DNA from: a virus
Virus record (IMG/VR): IMGVR_UViG_3300025073_000048
Location: 5,403-69,402 of that record
Reading direction: 5' to 3' (one strand)
Length of the DNA stretch: 64,000 bases
The position numbers and the translations under genes were made by a program. The notes under the pieces were generated by a model. That model saw only the letters and a program-made list of their open reading frames with translations. It was not told the origin of the DNA and made no database searches. Below, piece by piece: positions 32,491 to 43,100 of this stretch (the stretch's first letter is position 1; every line of letters begins with the position of its first letter).

Positions 32491-32975
32491 TCCACCCCCA
32501 CACGACGTCATCGCGAGGGGTCCCACTCAAATCGGGGCCCCTCTTCCCGTTCTTGGCCGCTCAAAGCCCCTGCCAATTGCCATACGTGGCGCTTGGTTGG
32601 ATCTTTGAAAACCCGGTAGCAATCACCCCTCCGCGCCGTTCGCGTCGTCCTGGGTTTGTCCCAGGTGCGCGCCGATGGTCCGGCCGGTCGACCGATTCGT
32701 CGTGACTCGACCATCGGGCAGAATCGACCGGAAGGGCCTCCAGTCGTCTCCAGACGCGTCCTGATCGTTTTCACGTGTTCCGACTCGTCGTGAGTCGCAA
32801 ACGCGATGCACTGACCGCCTGGACGACTCACGCCGGATGATTCCGACAACGTCCGGACACGTGTTTGGCCGATGGTCGACCGGCAACCCTAGTTGCCTAG
32901 TGGGGTTTGGTGATTACCTAGCATGGGTAGAGAGATTTCCTATTACGTGAGTGCCGCCAGACAGGAGTTTTAGTC

Positions 32976-33137
32976 ATGGCAGAGATCAGACAGTTGCTTG
33001 CCTATCACGTGGAGTGGTTGGGCAGGCTGATTGAGTTTGGCTGTCCTCGTTGGAAGCTGCAGCAGGTCAGCCTGCAGTGTGATGAGCTTGAGCAGGCATA
33101 TGAGTGGTGCCTGTTTGAGAGGGAGAACGAAGTGTGA
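32976..33137 (+). CDS. Small hypothetical protein (53 aa)
   Basis: Below ORF-track cutoff; AGGAG SD, MAEIRQLLAYHVEWLGRLIEFG... Confidence 0.5.
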   Translation: MAEIRQLLAYHVEWLGRLIEFGCPRWKLQQVSLQCDELEQAYEWCLFERENEV

Positions 33138-33242
33138 GTCTGTCTTGGCTGACAGTCAGGGCTACGTGGTCCTGGCTGTCAGCGTGGGCAGGCAGGTAGG
33201 TCGGTCAATCACTGAGTGCCGCCAGACGGCAAGGAGACAAGC

Positions 33243-33431
33243 ATGGACCCAGTAGCGTGTTGGAACGAACTACGAGATGCAATTGCGAATGGTCAGTACG
33301 GTGATGCTAGTCACCACGCTGAGAACCTCAGGGAATGGATTGCGCGTGGTGGTTTCGTGCCTGAGGCTATCACGCACATTAAGTGGGCCAACATGGTGGA
33401 GGCTTTGCTTTACCCTCACCGTAATGCGTGA
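33243..33431 (+). CDS. Small hypothetical protein
   Basis: MDPVACW...LREWIARGGFVP; AAGGAG SD. Confidence 0.6.
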   Translation: MDPVACWNELRDAIANGQYGDASHHAENLREWIARGGFVPEAITHIKWANMVEALLYPHRNA

Positions 33432-33514
33432 TTGACAGCCAACCTTACCAGTCATTGCACGTGTGATGGCTGGGCCTGTTTGCTGTTTCATCAACTTCAC
33501 TCGGAGGCTTAGTT

Positions 33515-34432
33515 ATGGACGTTACGACAACCAATGCGATGGTGTCAGGCTGCATTGTGTGGTGGGAGCCGAAGTCTGCGGACGCTGCCACGCTGCGAGC
33601 TGCGTTGGAGGCAATTGGGTTGGGTGATTACGCACCCAATGCGGAGACGTTGGAGGCTGCTTTGAAGCATGCACTGAGTGACTACGGTGCTGTGCTTGCC
33701 AAGCTAAACGCTGGTCAGGTGAGTAGCTCCAACACTGGGGAGGATGAGAAGCGTAAGTACGAGGTGAAGGCCCGTCTGTCTGCCTCTGATGATGGATTCG
33801 AACTGGTCGAGGTTACGCGGCGCAAGGCAGGTAATGGGTATCGGTGCGAAGTGGCTGTCAAGGTGGATAAGGTGACGGGTGGCCTGAGTGTGATTGATGG
33901 GTGGCTGTCGGGATGGACTGTGTGGGACCTGCAAGAGCGGTTTGATTCGTACCGCTCGCAGTCGACAGGCGCCAGTGTGGGCCGCTCATTGGTGGAGCTA
34001 ACGAAGCATCTGCATGGCACGTGTGTGCGGCTGGGTGGGGGTGGGAACTATTACCTGCCTGAGGATGTGGTTGACACGTGGTCCGACGTGATTGATGCCT
34101 ATGAGTCATGCAGCCAGACACGTGTGAGCCGGATGCGTGTCGTGATGGACGATCTGGCTGCACGTGCGATTCGTGATGGTATCACGGCCGAGTTGCTCAA
34201 GGAGGGCGCTGAGGTAGCTGACGAGCTGGCCAAGGGTGATCTCAAGGAGGAGGTGATTGAGCGACGTAAGACGCGCAGTCAGGAGCTGCGCACCAAGTGT
34301 CGGCAGTATGAGGGCATTCTGAACGACACGTTGGTGAGTGTGCACGCTGTGTTGGACATGGCAGACAAGTGTGCGGCTGCTGTCATTGGCATTCAGGAGT
34401 CTGAGACGGTGTTTGACGAGACGTTTGCCTAA
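33515..34432 (+). CDS. Hypothetical protein (DUF3150/DUF6744-like partner of AAA/vWA modules)
   Basis: 305 aa; G.IVWW, GG.YYLP, C-terminal coiled coil. Confidence 0.5.
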   Translation: MDVTTTNAMVSGCIVWWEPKSADAATLRAALEAIGLGDYAPNAETLEAALKHALSDYGAVLAKLNAGQVSSSNTGEDEKRKYEVKARLSASDDGFELVEVTRRKAGNGYRCEVAVKVDKVTGGLSVIDGWLSGWTVWDLQERFDSYRSQSTGASVGRSLVELTKHLHGTCVRLGGGGNYYLPEDVVDTWSDVIDAYESCSQTRVSRMRVVMDDLAARAIRDGITAELLKEGAEVADELAKGDLKEEVIERRKTRSQELRTKCRQYEGILNDTLVSVHAVLDMADKCAAAVIGIQESETVFDETFA

Positions 34433-34535
34433 ACTGGCCCGAGTGAACGCTGCCTGCTGTGTGCCTTGTGGGTGCATGGCAGGCAGTGCTACTCGTGTCT
34501 GTTTGGTTTGTTTTCCTTCACTGAGGAGACTGAAG

Positions 34536-35660
34536 ATGCGTTACACAAATTGGGGTGCAGCGATTGCGCTGCAGACAACGCCGTTTGGTGGGCCTGTGCC
34601 TTGCGTGGTGGGCGCGCCGGGACAGGCTAAGACGGCGTGGGGGCGAGCCTTGGCTGCCGCCAGTGGTCGCCGGTTCATCCAGATGATTCTCAGGCAGATG
34701 ATGCCTGAGGATATCAAGGGTGTTCCGTCACCCGATGACATTGAGATTGATGGCAAGGTGTACCGTGGGTGCCGTTACCTGCTAAACGAGGACCTATTGA
34801 GTGCGATGCACACTCAGAGCGTTGCCATGCTTGATGAGTTCAATCAGGCTGGAGACGACACGCTTGGTTCTGCGCAGGAGTGGATTAACAGCCCGCCTCC
34901 CAGTGCTTGGGTGTTGGCAGCCATGAACCCTGTTGAGATGAGCACTGCAGGGCGTGAGTTGGCGCCGCCAGTCGTCAACCGTATGTGCATCCTGCCTTGG
35001 GAGCGTCTGATTAGCGAGCGTCGTCACGGCTGGTTGAACGGGTTCCGCAATTACCCTGCTCCCAGTGTGCCGATCGTGCCGCTGGACTTCCTCGACACGC
35101 TGGGCCCTGCTTGGGGCCAAGTTATGTGTGACTTCGAGGATGACAACACGGAGCTGTTTGGCGATGAGGCATTCCCCAAGGATATCAACCTTGCGTGCAA
35201 TCCTTGGCCGTCTGATCGAAGCTGGACGCATGTTGGCATCCTGATGGCTGCCTGTGACGCGGTGGGGGCTGGCAACGATGTGAAGGCGCAGCTTGTGTCA
35301 GGCTGTGTGGGGGAAGCTGCGATGCGTAAGTTCATGGTGCATTTGACGCACCGTGGGCTGCCAGACTTCGAGCAGTTGCTGGCGATGCCTCACACGCTGA
35401 AGCTGGATATCACGCGGTTTGACCTGAGCCGTGCGATTCTGGTGGGTGTGTGTGGCCGAGTTCAGGCAGAGCAGACGCCACAGCGTTGGGAGGCTGCGTG
35501 CGATGTGTTGGAGCGTGCGGCCAGTCAGAGCATGGAGACGGCGGCGGCGGTTTACGGTGGCTACATGAAAGCCAAGCCGCGTGACTACATGCCTCGCTCA
35601 CGCAATGGGTCGTGGCAGGAACTGCAGAACCTGATTCTGAATGAGGCACACAAGCAATGA
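34536..35660 (+). CDS. MoxR-like AAA+ ATPase
   Basis: Walker A GAPGQAKT, Walker B AMLDEF, AAMNP sensor, PPVVNRM, PSDRSW. Confidence 0.8.
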   Translation: MRYTNWGAAIALQTTPFGGPVPCVVGAPGQAKTAWGRALAAASGRRFIQMILRQMMPEDIKGVPSPDDIEIDGKVYRGCRYLLNEDLLSAMHTQSVAMLDEFNQAGDDTLGSAQEWINSPPPSAWVLAAMNPVEMSTAGRELAPPVVNRMCILPWERLISERRHGWLNGFRNYPAPSVPIVPLDFLDTLGPAWGQVMCDFEDDNTELFGDEAFPKDINLACNPWPSDRSWTHVGILMAACDAVGAGNDVKAQLVSGCVGEAAMRKFMVHLTHRGLPDFEQLLAMPHTLKLDITRFDLSRAILVGVCGRVQAEQTPQRWEAACDVLERAASQSMETAAAVYGGYMKAKPRDYMPRSRNGSWQELQNLILNEAHKQ

Positions 35661-35926
35661 AACGCATTAAGCAATCAAGCAATGAACATCACTGGCCGCG
35701 TCACGAGGTTAAGAGCGTTGACTGCCGCAAGCGTGATCTCGTTATTCGTATTGCGGACTGGATGGATGACAAGGATGAGCCAGCATACGACGTGGAGGTA
35801 TACATAGGTGGAGTGTACGACTGGGATGAATCAGCGTCGTTTACGTTGTCAAGCGGGTTGACTAAGGAGGAAGCCAAGTCCGCTGCTGTGGAGTTCGCAG
35901 TAAAGCAGGTTACAAAACTGCTCTGA
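35657..35926 (+). CDS. Hypothetical protein
   Basis: 89 aa, ATGA overlap. Confidence 0.55.
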   Translation: MKRIKQSSNEHHWPRHEVKSVDCRKRDLVIRIADWMDDKDEPAYDVEVYIGGVYDWDESASFTLSSGLTKEEAKSAAVEFAVKQVTKLL

Positions 35927-36005
35927 GCGACAGTCCGACACTCAGCCTGTACCCCTGACAGGCTGAGACTCGGTTTGTTTCTTCACTCACTCGGAGGCTC
36001 TGACA

Positions 36006-37568
36006 ATGGTAAAGCTCAAAGTACCGATCGAGCTATCGGAGGCACGTTTAGCAGCGTGTCGAGTGTGGCCGGAAGCGTCACACGTGATTCTCAGTATGGT
36101 GCCAGTCGAGACACCGGGCTTGCTGGCACAAGCTGGAATGTCCATTGCGGTCGACCAGTATTGGCGGCTGTACTTCGACCCTGTGGCGCTGCATGAACGC
36201 ACTGTGGCGGCACGGATCTCGTCCGTTCTGCATGAGACGGCGCACCTGCTGGGAAGGCACCATGTGCGTGCCAAGAGGTACGTGGCGCCAGACGACAGGC
36301 AGGCGTGGTTTGATTGGAACTGTGCCTGCGACATGGCGGTGTGGGCCCTGATTAAGGCCGCTGGCATGCCTGTGCCTGAGACGGCTGTCACGGCTGAGCG
36401 GGCAGGCTTCGCTGAGAACCTGTCTACAGAGCAGTATTTCAGGCTGATCCGAGACAAGCGTGAGCAGGAGCGTCAGCAGGCTCAGGGCCAGGCTGAGGAT
36501 GACGAACAGCAGAACCAAGACTCGAACGGAGACAGCGATGGTGACGACAGCCAAGAGCCTGACGATGGAGATGGAGCTGGAGATTCTCAAGCGTCAGATG
36601 AAGACGGTGATCAGTCAGATGATCAGTCTGAATCAGGTGGTGAGGGAGATCAGGACGGAGGCGAAGGAGAAACAGACGCTGACGGAGGATCTGATTCACA
36701 GCCTGGACAGGAGGATGACGTTGACAGCGCAGGCTGTGACGGCGATGGCGGACGATCTGGCGGACAGCCTGGAGACGATGGCGAACCGTCCGAACTGCAA
36801 TCGCAGGTAGCGGGTGGCTCGTGCGCTGACGGTCAGGCTCGTGAGTGGGAGTTACCGCCACCTGAGTCAGATGCGTCCGGTCAGACTGACACGCCGCCAG
36901 CCGTGGAGCAGTGGAAGCAAGAGATTCTCTTGCGTAACGCTGCCGATCGCGTGGCTGCCAGTGGCAAGGGCAGTGGGGCTGGCATGTGGCGTGAGATGGT
37001 CGAGCACTACGAGGAGCCCAAGCTGGACCCGCGCAGGCTGTTGCAGAAGACGCTTGCGAAGCGACTGGGCCAGCTTACCAGTGGGTGCGGCAAGTTCACG
37101 TATCGTCGCCCAGCGCGCCGTCCCTCGTTGGGTGGCACGCTGCGTCCGCGCAGCTTTCAGCCTGTGCCGCGTATTCTGGTCATCATCGACACGTCAGGCA
37201 GCATGTCGTCACGTGAGATGCGACTCGGTGTTGGTCTGGTCAGTAAGTGCATCAACGCTCTGCGCCTGCAGGATGGTGTGCGTGTTATGGCGGGTGACGA
37301 TTACGCACAGTGGGATGACCAAGTGTTCAACCCTCGCAACATTCAGCTTATCGGGGGCGGCGGTACGGACATGGCGTGTCTGATCGAAGCTGCCGCCAGT
37401 AAGAAGCCTGCCGAGCGTCCAGAGCTGATTGTAGTGGTAACGGATGGCGAGACAGGGTGGCCTAAAGAGCGTGTGCCGATGCCTGTAGTGGCGGCGATTA
37501 CACGTGTTTCGGAGTACGCCAAGTTCTTCGTGCCTCCCGCGTGGATTGAGAGTGTCAAACTTTACTAA
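36006..37568 (+). CDS. Metallopeptidase-like + vWA domain protein (DUF2201-like)
   Basis: HExxH (LHETAH), WNxACD, acidic linker, MIDAS DTSGS, GGGGTD, VVTDG. Confidence 0.8.
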   Translation: MVKLKVPIELSEARLAACRVWPEASHVILSMVPVETPGLLAQAGMSIAVDQYWRLYFDPVALHERTVAARISSVLHETAHLLGRHHVRAKRYVAPDDRQAWFDWNCACDMAVWALIKAAGMPVPETAVTAERAGFAENLSTEQYFRLIRDKREQERQQAQGQAEDDEQQNQDSNGDSDGDDSQEPDDGDGAGDSQASDEDGDQSDDQSESGGEGDQDGGEGETDADGGSDSQPGQEDDVDSAGCDGDGGRSGGQPGDDGEPSELQSQVAGGSCADGQAREWELPPPESDASGQTDTPPAVEQWKQEILLRNAADRVAASGKGSGAGMWREMVEHYEEPKLDPRRLLQKTLAKRLGQLTSGCGKFTYRRPARRPSLGGTLRPRSFQPVPRILVIIDTSGSMSSREMRLGVGLVSKCINALRLQDGVRVMAGDDYAQWDDQVFNPRNIQLIGGGGTDMACLIEAAASKKPAERPELIVVVTDGETGWPKERVPMPVVAAITRVSEYAKFFVPPAWIESVKLY

Positions 37569-37580
37569 GGAGGTATTCCT

Positions 37581-37811
37581 ATGAGCGAAAAGGAACGCAC
37601 ATGCTTTACGTGCCGTCACTGGAATATAGAAGACATGGAAGGAGACCTTGGCATGTGCCAGCGGTATCCACCTACGATAGTCGTCACATTGGCTGATAAG
37701 TATTTCAAACAGATGGGGTACCTAACAGACTCTGCTATACAACACTCCACTTTGTTCCCCGTTACGATTGAGTTTCACACATGCGGCGAATGGACTCCAG
37801 AAACACCCTGA
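37581..37811 (+). CDS. Small Cys-rich protein
   Basis: CFTCRHW...CQRYPP...CGEW. Confidence 0.55.
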   Translation: MSEKERTCFTCRHWNIEDMEGDLGMCQRYPPTIVVTLADKYFKQMGYLTDSAIQHSTLFPVTIEFHTCGEWTPETP

Positions 37812-37890
37812 GCCGGGCCCCTGCTACCCGCCAGTGCTTGTGGCTGGCGGGGTGTTGGTGTTCGTTTCTACTCACTGCAAGGAGATTCAC

Positions 37891-38226
37891 ATGGGCTGCG
37901 AGATGAACAAGTGTCGGATCGAGATGGACGCTACGAAGATTGCCAGGGGGCTGGTAGTGATGATGGAGAAGGATGACCCAGACAATATCGTCCTGATCCG
38001 CTTTGGCCTATTACCAGCTCAGTGGATGGACTACGTGAAGCGTGTGTGTGAGATGATCGTGCGTGAGCGCTTCATGTTGCTACCAGACGCCAAGGAATGC
38101 ACGACGATCATCAACGCTGGCACCGATGATTGCGAAGTGATTCACTTCAAGGTGGCTGACGTAGTGTCCGAGATGGTGCATGAGATCAGTCTGGCGTTGT
38201 ATGGCTGCGTGGAGATGGTTGTGTAG
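37891..38226 (+). CDS. Hypothetical protein
   Basis: AAGGAG SD before ATG 37891. Confidence 0.5.
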   Translation: MGCEMNKCRIEMDATKIARGLVVMMEKDDPDNIVLIRFGLLPAQWMDYVKRVCEMIVRERFMLLPDAKECTTIINAGTDDCEVIHFKVADVVSEMVHEISLALYGCVEMVV

Positions 38227-38351
38227 TTCGCACGTGTTCCGATGAACCTGCCTCAGTGCGCCGATGACAACCAGCCAATACGGCATGGGACGACAGGCGA
38301 CTGAGGCAGGCTATCGGGTTACGTGTTTCTACTCTCACTAAGGAGACTGTT

Positions 38352-38714
38352 ATGTCACATTCACCCGGCCCCTGGTACGTCGATGGGCACGCTGTAAAGG
38401 TGCTCAAGCCTGAACGCGAGTTCCTCGGAGAGGGAGCGCCAGAGACAATCTGTGAAATGCTCAGCTCAGTCAGTCCTGAGGAAACGCAAGCGAATCAGAC
38501 ACTGATCTCCGCAGCGCCAGACCTGCTGTCGATTGTGCTAGACATCCTACCCAACCATCACCCCGACTGTCACAGCGACTACTCAGACGGTGAGCGCTGC
38601 GACGAATGCGGAACGCGGCGAAAGGATTCCAACCAGACCGAATGTGACGTGCCGGGTTGTTGGTACGTCCGCATCCGCCAAGCCATCGCCAAGGCAACAG
38701 GGGTGGAACCATGA
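38352..38714 (+). CDS. Hypothetical phage protein (H-T/S-PGPW...IAAAPDLL family)
   Basis: MSHSPGPW, ANQTLISAAPDLL, AIAKATG. Confidence 0.65.
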   Translation: MSHSPGPWYVDGHAVKVLKPEREFLGEGAPETICEMLSSVSPEETQANQTLISAAPDLLSIVLDILPNHHPDCHSDYSDGERCDECGTRRKDSNQTECDVPGCWYVRIRQAIAKATGVEP

Positions 38715-39067
38715 GTATCACAAATGGAAAATGGTCTTGCGATCGGTACGGAGTTGTGACTGCCGTTGATTTCGCATCGGGACTTGCGGAGACGATCTGC
38801 ACGACTCCGCAGTGTTTTGCAGAAAGCCGTGCGTCTGCAGGAAATGTCAGCGATGACGTACGAGAGTACATGCGTGCATGGCGTGATCGGTGCATTGACA
38901 ATGGCAGACTGATTGCCGCTTCACGTTGTCTATTGGAGGCAGCACAAGAGGTGGTCAGGCGCGTTGAGTTGTTTGAGCGATGCGACAATGAGGCCGCTTC
39001 AATATGTCGCATCTTGCGTGCTGCTATTGAGAAGGCGACGGAGGACGCACCATGCGACGTTGCCTGA
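38711..39067 (+). CDS. Hypothetical phage protein, related to upstream gene
   Basis: NGRLIAASRCLLEAA...AAIEKAT. Confidence 0.55.
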   Translation: MSITNGKWSCDRYGVVTAVDFASGLAETICTTPQCFAESRASAGNVSDDVREYMRAWRDRCIDNGRLIAASRCLLEAAQEVVRRVELFERCDNEAASICRILRAAIEKATEDAPCDVA

Positions 39068-39175
39068 TCCTACTGGCCTGCCTGTTGTGTTGTGCTGGGT
39101 GCATTCATGGGCGAACGACGCTGTGCGCCAGTACGACGATAGACGAAGTGGACTACCGCTTTGAGTGGAGCACTG

Positions 39176-39466
39176 ATGATGTCATACGACACGATGTGCC
39201 GCCGCGCCGCTAGCATTGCGCGTAAGCACAACTGGCCCGAGGAGGCTGAGCAGTTGGCGGACGGACACGTGCCGCCAGGGTTTGGCCGAGAGGTGGGCCA
39301 GACGATTGCCTTGTTCAAGCGGGACTTCCCGTTTGGCCGGGCCGAGCGTAAGCGTGACGACGAGATCGCACGCGAGTTGTCGGAGCTGCGCATGTACTGT
39401 GCGCACCTGCGAATGCGTGAGCTGATGAGTACCCCTAAGCAATTAACACGAGGAGACTTGGCATGA
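39176..39466 (+). CDS. Hypothetical protein
   Basis: GGAG SD before ATG. Confidence 0.45.
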   Translation: MMSYDTMCRRAASIARKHNWPEEAEQLADGHVPPGFGREVGQTIALFKRDFPFGRAERKRDDEIARELSELRMYCAHLRMRELMSTPKQLTRGDLA

Positions 39467-39730
39467 GCAACAATCGTTGGTGTGTGGTGTTGGATGAAGA
39501 AGTGTATGGACCTTTTGATGACTGTGACTATGCAGACCAGTGGTGCGAGGATGACTGCGCCGAGAACAACGGGGACCCCACGTCCTACGTGGTCATGCCG
39601 TTCCACAATGTGGGCGAAGTGTGAGTAGTCCGAGCGAACCAGCACGTGCTCGGGGCGTGCTGGCTGCTCGCGTTACTTAGGGACCGCCAGACGGACCTGT
39701 TTTCTGTCACTGTTCAAGGAGAATGACTGG

Positions 39731-40021
39731 ATGGCACAAGCCAAGCGCAAGCGTAAGTACAAACCGAAACCTCGTCTCACGTGTGATTTCGTGGTGAAGA
39801 ACAACTTCCACAACACGAGCTACACGTTTCGGACGCGGTACTACAAGGCGTTGTCGCGGGACCAGATTCGCTTGTGCCGCAACGCGCTGTGTGGCGTCTC
39901 TAACTGCACGTGCGGCGGGGTAGTGGGTGAGAGGGGTCCTCAGGACTTCGTGATTCGCGATGGGTTCGATGTGACGGGGGCGCGGATCGTGACGTTGGAA
40001 CCTATTCGCAAGAAGCTCTGA
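39731..40021 (+). CDS. Small basic Cys-containing protein
   Basis: LCGVSNCTCGG motif. Confidence 0.55.
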   Translation: MAQAKRKRKYKPKPRLTCDFVVKNNFHNTSYTFRTRYYKALSRDQIRLCRNALCGVSNCTCGGVVGERGPQDFVIRDGFDVTGARIVTLEPIRKKL

Positions 40022-40039
40022 TGCCGCTAGAATGGTGAG

Positions 40040-40137
40040 CGTTGAGCCCGCTTGGGTAGCCGGAGTAGTGACCCGGTGACGTACTTGGAAGGACACGAGA
40101 GTCTCCACCTCCGAGTGCGGTCCAAGCGGGCTTTTTT
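40040..40137 (+). ncRNA. Candidate ~95-nt structured small RNA / complex terminator
   Basis: Closing stem GAGCCCGCTTGGG/TCCAAGCGGGCTT, two internal hairpins, T6 tail; TTCGCA-N17-TAGAAT upstream. Confidence 0.4.
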
Positions 40138-40148
40138 GTTGCGTCTCG

Positions 40149-43100
40149 TCAAGTGCCGCCAGACTCCTCGTCTTTGTCGCTGTCGCGTGGCTTCCTTGCG
40201 TTCTCGATATTGCGTATCCTCTGCACCGCCTTCTCACGGCATTCGTCGCAGAGGATACCGAAGTAGGAGTCGCGCGGCTTACCGCAGAAGCAGCAGGGTT
40301 CAGGCGTCATTTGGCGTCCACCTCGGGGTCCAGCGTGACGGTGAGGGGGATGTCTGTTTCCTCCATCCACGTCAGGTCGATGGTGGGAGGAATGTTCGTG
40401 CCGCCACCAATTGGGTTCAAACATTTCACCGCGTAGAGCACGTATTCGCCAAGGTAGGCCGCTACCGAAACGGCCAGCCTGTTGGCGAACTTACTGAATC
40501 CCTTCCGTGGCCTGATCGTGACACCGACGCCATCCTTGCAGTCGGCGATCAGATCCTTCGCCATCTCCACGCCCGAGTCCACATTGCCGAGTGTGGCGTT
40601 GGTCCGCGCTTCGATCCTTTTAATGAACCTCATGTTTTTGACAGCCTTTTTCTGGTGATCTCGTAAATGATCGTGGCACAACGCATGCACACGTGAAAGT
40701 CGGATTCGTCGACTGCGAACTCACGAACCTCTCCGCACGTTCCCTTGCGAACAGACAGTCCGATGAACTGTTCTTGTTTCTCGCCTGGGGTGTCGCAGAT
40801 GTCGCAGTCGTAGCCTCGTCGGTAGCCCATACTACTTTCCTTCCTTAACCTCTAAGATCTCCTCCAATTCTCTGATGTCACAAAAGGTACTTCAGTATCA
40901 CTTTGGCTTCGTCCGTGAGTCGAATACGATGCTCGTCATCAACCATCTCGTGGTCGATTAGTCCAGCAGGCATACGTGACACTAATTGCTCGTAGATTAA
41001 CGGTGCGCATTTAGAGAACCCCTGCGCATCGACTGGTGATCTAGCGCATAACTTAAGAACGTTCTGCTGATGCACAGTCAACTTGTTACCGTCCATCTCG
41101 ACGAACCTACCCTTCAAGATTCTCAACCAACGTACGCAGGTCTTTCCCGATTTGTGCCAGGTGCGGTGCGCTACCACTCTGCACATAGTCCGCGTAGGCG
41201 ATTGCTGCCGCACGGCAGGCTGCCACATGCAACCCGTCGTTGGAGAAACTGTCCAGCCGTAAAACGAAATACGCTGCCAGGTGGTCTACCGGCGAACCAT
41301 CGGCGTGCTGGATGCGATATCGCTGATGCAGACCGTTTGGGTTGACATGTTGTCTAGGGATCATGACTCGAGCCCTTCATTCGCTGATTCGTATCCAGTG
41401 GTTTGGTCGATTGTCACATTGAACACCAATGCCCAGTATCCGTCACCTCGGTTTATCCACTTACCTAATCGCACGCTCTTGCCTTCAGGTGTTTCGACTT
41501 CGACGAACCGTCCACTTTCATGGCTTGGTGGGCCGTCAAAGATGACATGCACAGGGACAGTCAGCACATCAGCGAGCTGCTGCTCCAATTCGACAATCCG
41601 CGTGTCCTTGTATTGCATCACACGTTGCACACCGTCCAGCGGGCTGCCATCGAACTCCGTTGCTCCGGGCTGTGCTTCCAGCCACTTGCGAATATCTCGC
41701 ACCCACGCCTCAGAAACATGACTCTTTAGATCCATTTCATTCCCCTCCCGCCTCTGCGGCCTTGTCGTACCAACCTTCTGTAACCGACAGCAGGAAATAC
41801 TGTCTGCCGTCACGGGTGTTGTTGATGCGGGTGTTAGACACCGCGTACCGCAGTAACGCCCGCGCCTCCGCGAGCTGTGACTCCAGTTCCTCAATTGTCG
41901 TGAGCCAATCATCGGAGCGAGCCAGAGCCGCCCGCGCCTCAGCGAGCTGTGTTTTCAAGTCTGTACGCTTCGCTCCGCTATCAGCCAATGTCCGGCAGAT
42001 GCCCGCGTTGCATTCTGCCGCTTGCTCAAGTTTTTGGCGGAGATTCCTAATAACGTCTTCGTTTTCGTCTGCCATCGGCCCGTGGCAGAACGGTGTTTCA
42101 CTCCTCGTTACACCGCATACCTTGCATCTGTAGTGGCTCATAATGTGATCCTTTTCCAATCGTCACCTCCGTTTCGACATTCGATACAGACTCCGTGCTT
42201 GCAGGGCTCACCAAGCTCGCAGTCGCACATATTTGTTCGGAACGCACACTCTTGCAGCGAGGTTGGACAGCCGCATGAACAGCAGTCGATAGGCCAACGC
42301 ATCACGGCTTCCTTATGCGACAGACTACACGGTAGGCACCACTCGCTTTCATGGACACTGTGCTCGCAGTACCCCCGCTCCGGTTCGTGTTTCTGTTTCA
42401 TCTCACGCAGCAACGCCCGGGCCTCCGCGAGCTGCTGGCGTGTGGTTATGAGTTCCTCTTCGATAGCATTCGCAAGGTCCGTAATTTGCATGGCGCTATT
42501 CACCATAACCTCATGGTCGCGCTCGTGGTCGTCCCAGGCGTCTTTTAACCCCTCCTTAAACAAATTGGCGTCTTTCGTCGCCTCCGCGAGCTGCTGGCGA
42601 AGCTCAGTAATGATGTCGATAGCCTTCGCGCAATCTGGTCCAGACTGATACTGACATGGACACTCACTCATTCCCCACCTCCCGCCTTCACAGCCTTGAG
42701 CCTCAGCGACCACGCCATCCACACGCGGTCGGCTTCGTCATTTCTCGGAGCGTCCAAAATTCGTGGCAGTTGTTTCCGTAACTCCGCCAGAGCCGCCCGC
42801 GCCTCCTCCAACTGTCCAGCAACAGTTGACAGTTCCGCCTCCACCCGCTTGCACGCCTCCCTCCATGTGTCGCCGTCGCCTGCGGCGTGAAGCTGTTGCT
42901 CCAAGTCAGCAACGCGAACGATCGTGCCATTTTCAAGGTCTTCATGAGCCGCCCGTGCATTCGCAATCTGGTTCACGATATCGAGTACCCAGGTCCTGGC
43001 CTCGCGGTTCATCTTCAGCAGTTCCTGCTGGAGTCCTTCAGGTTGTTCCATCGGTTGGTTCCTTCTCTTTCTGATTGTCGCAGCACTGCGTATCAGGACA

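Noticed and set aside
40040-40137. tRNA or hammerhead ribozyme
   Set aside because: No TTCGA T-loop/cloverleaf and no CTGATGA...GAAA core.
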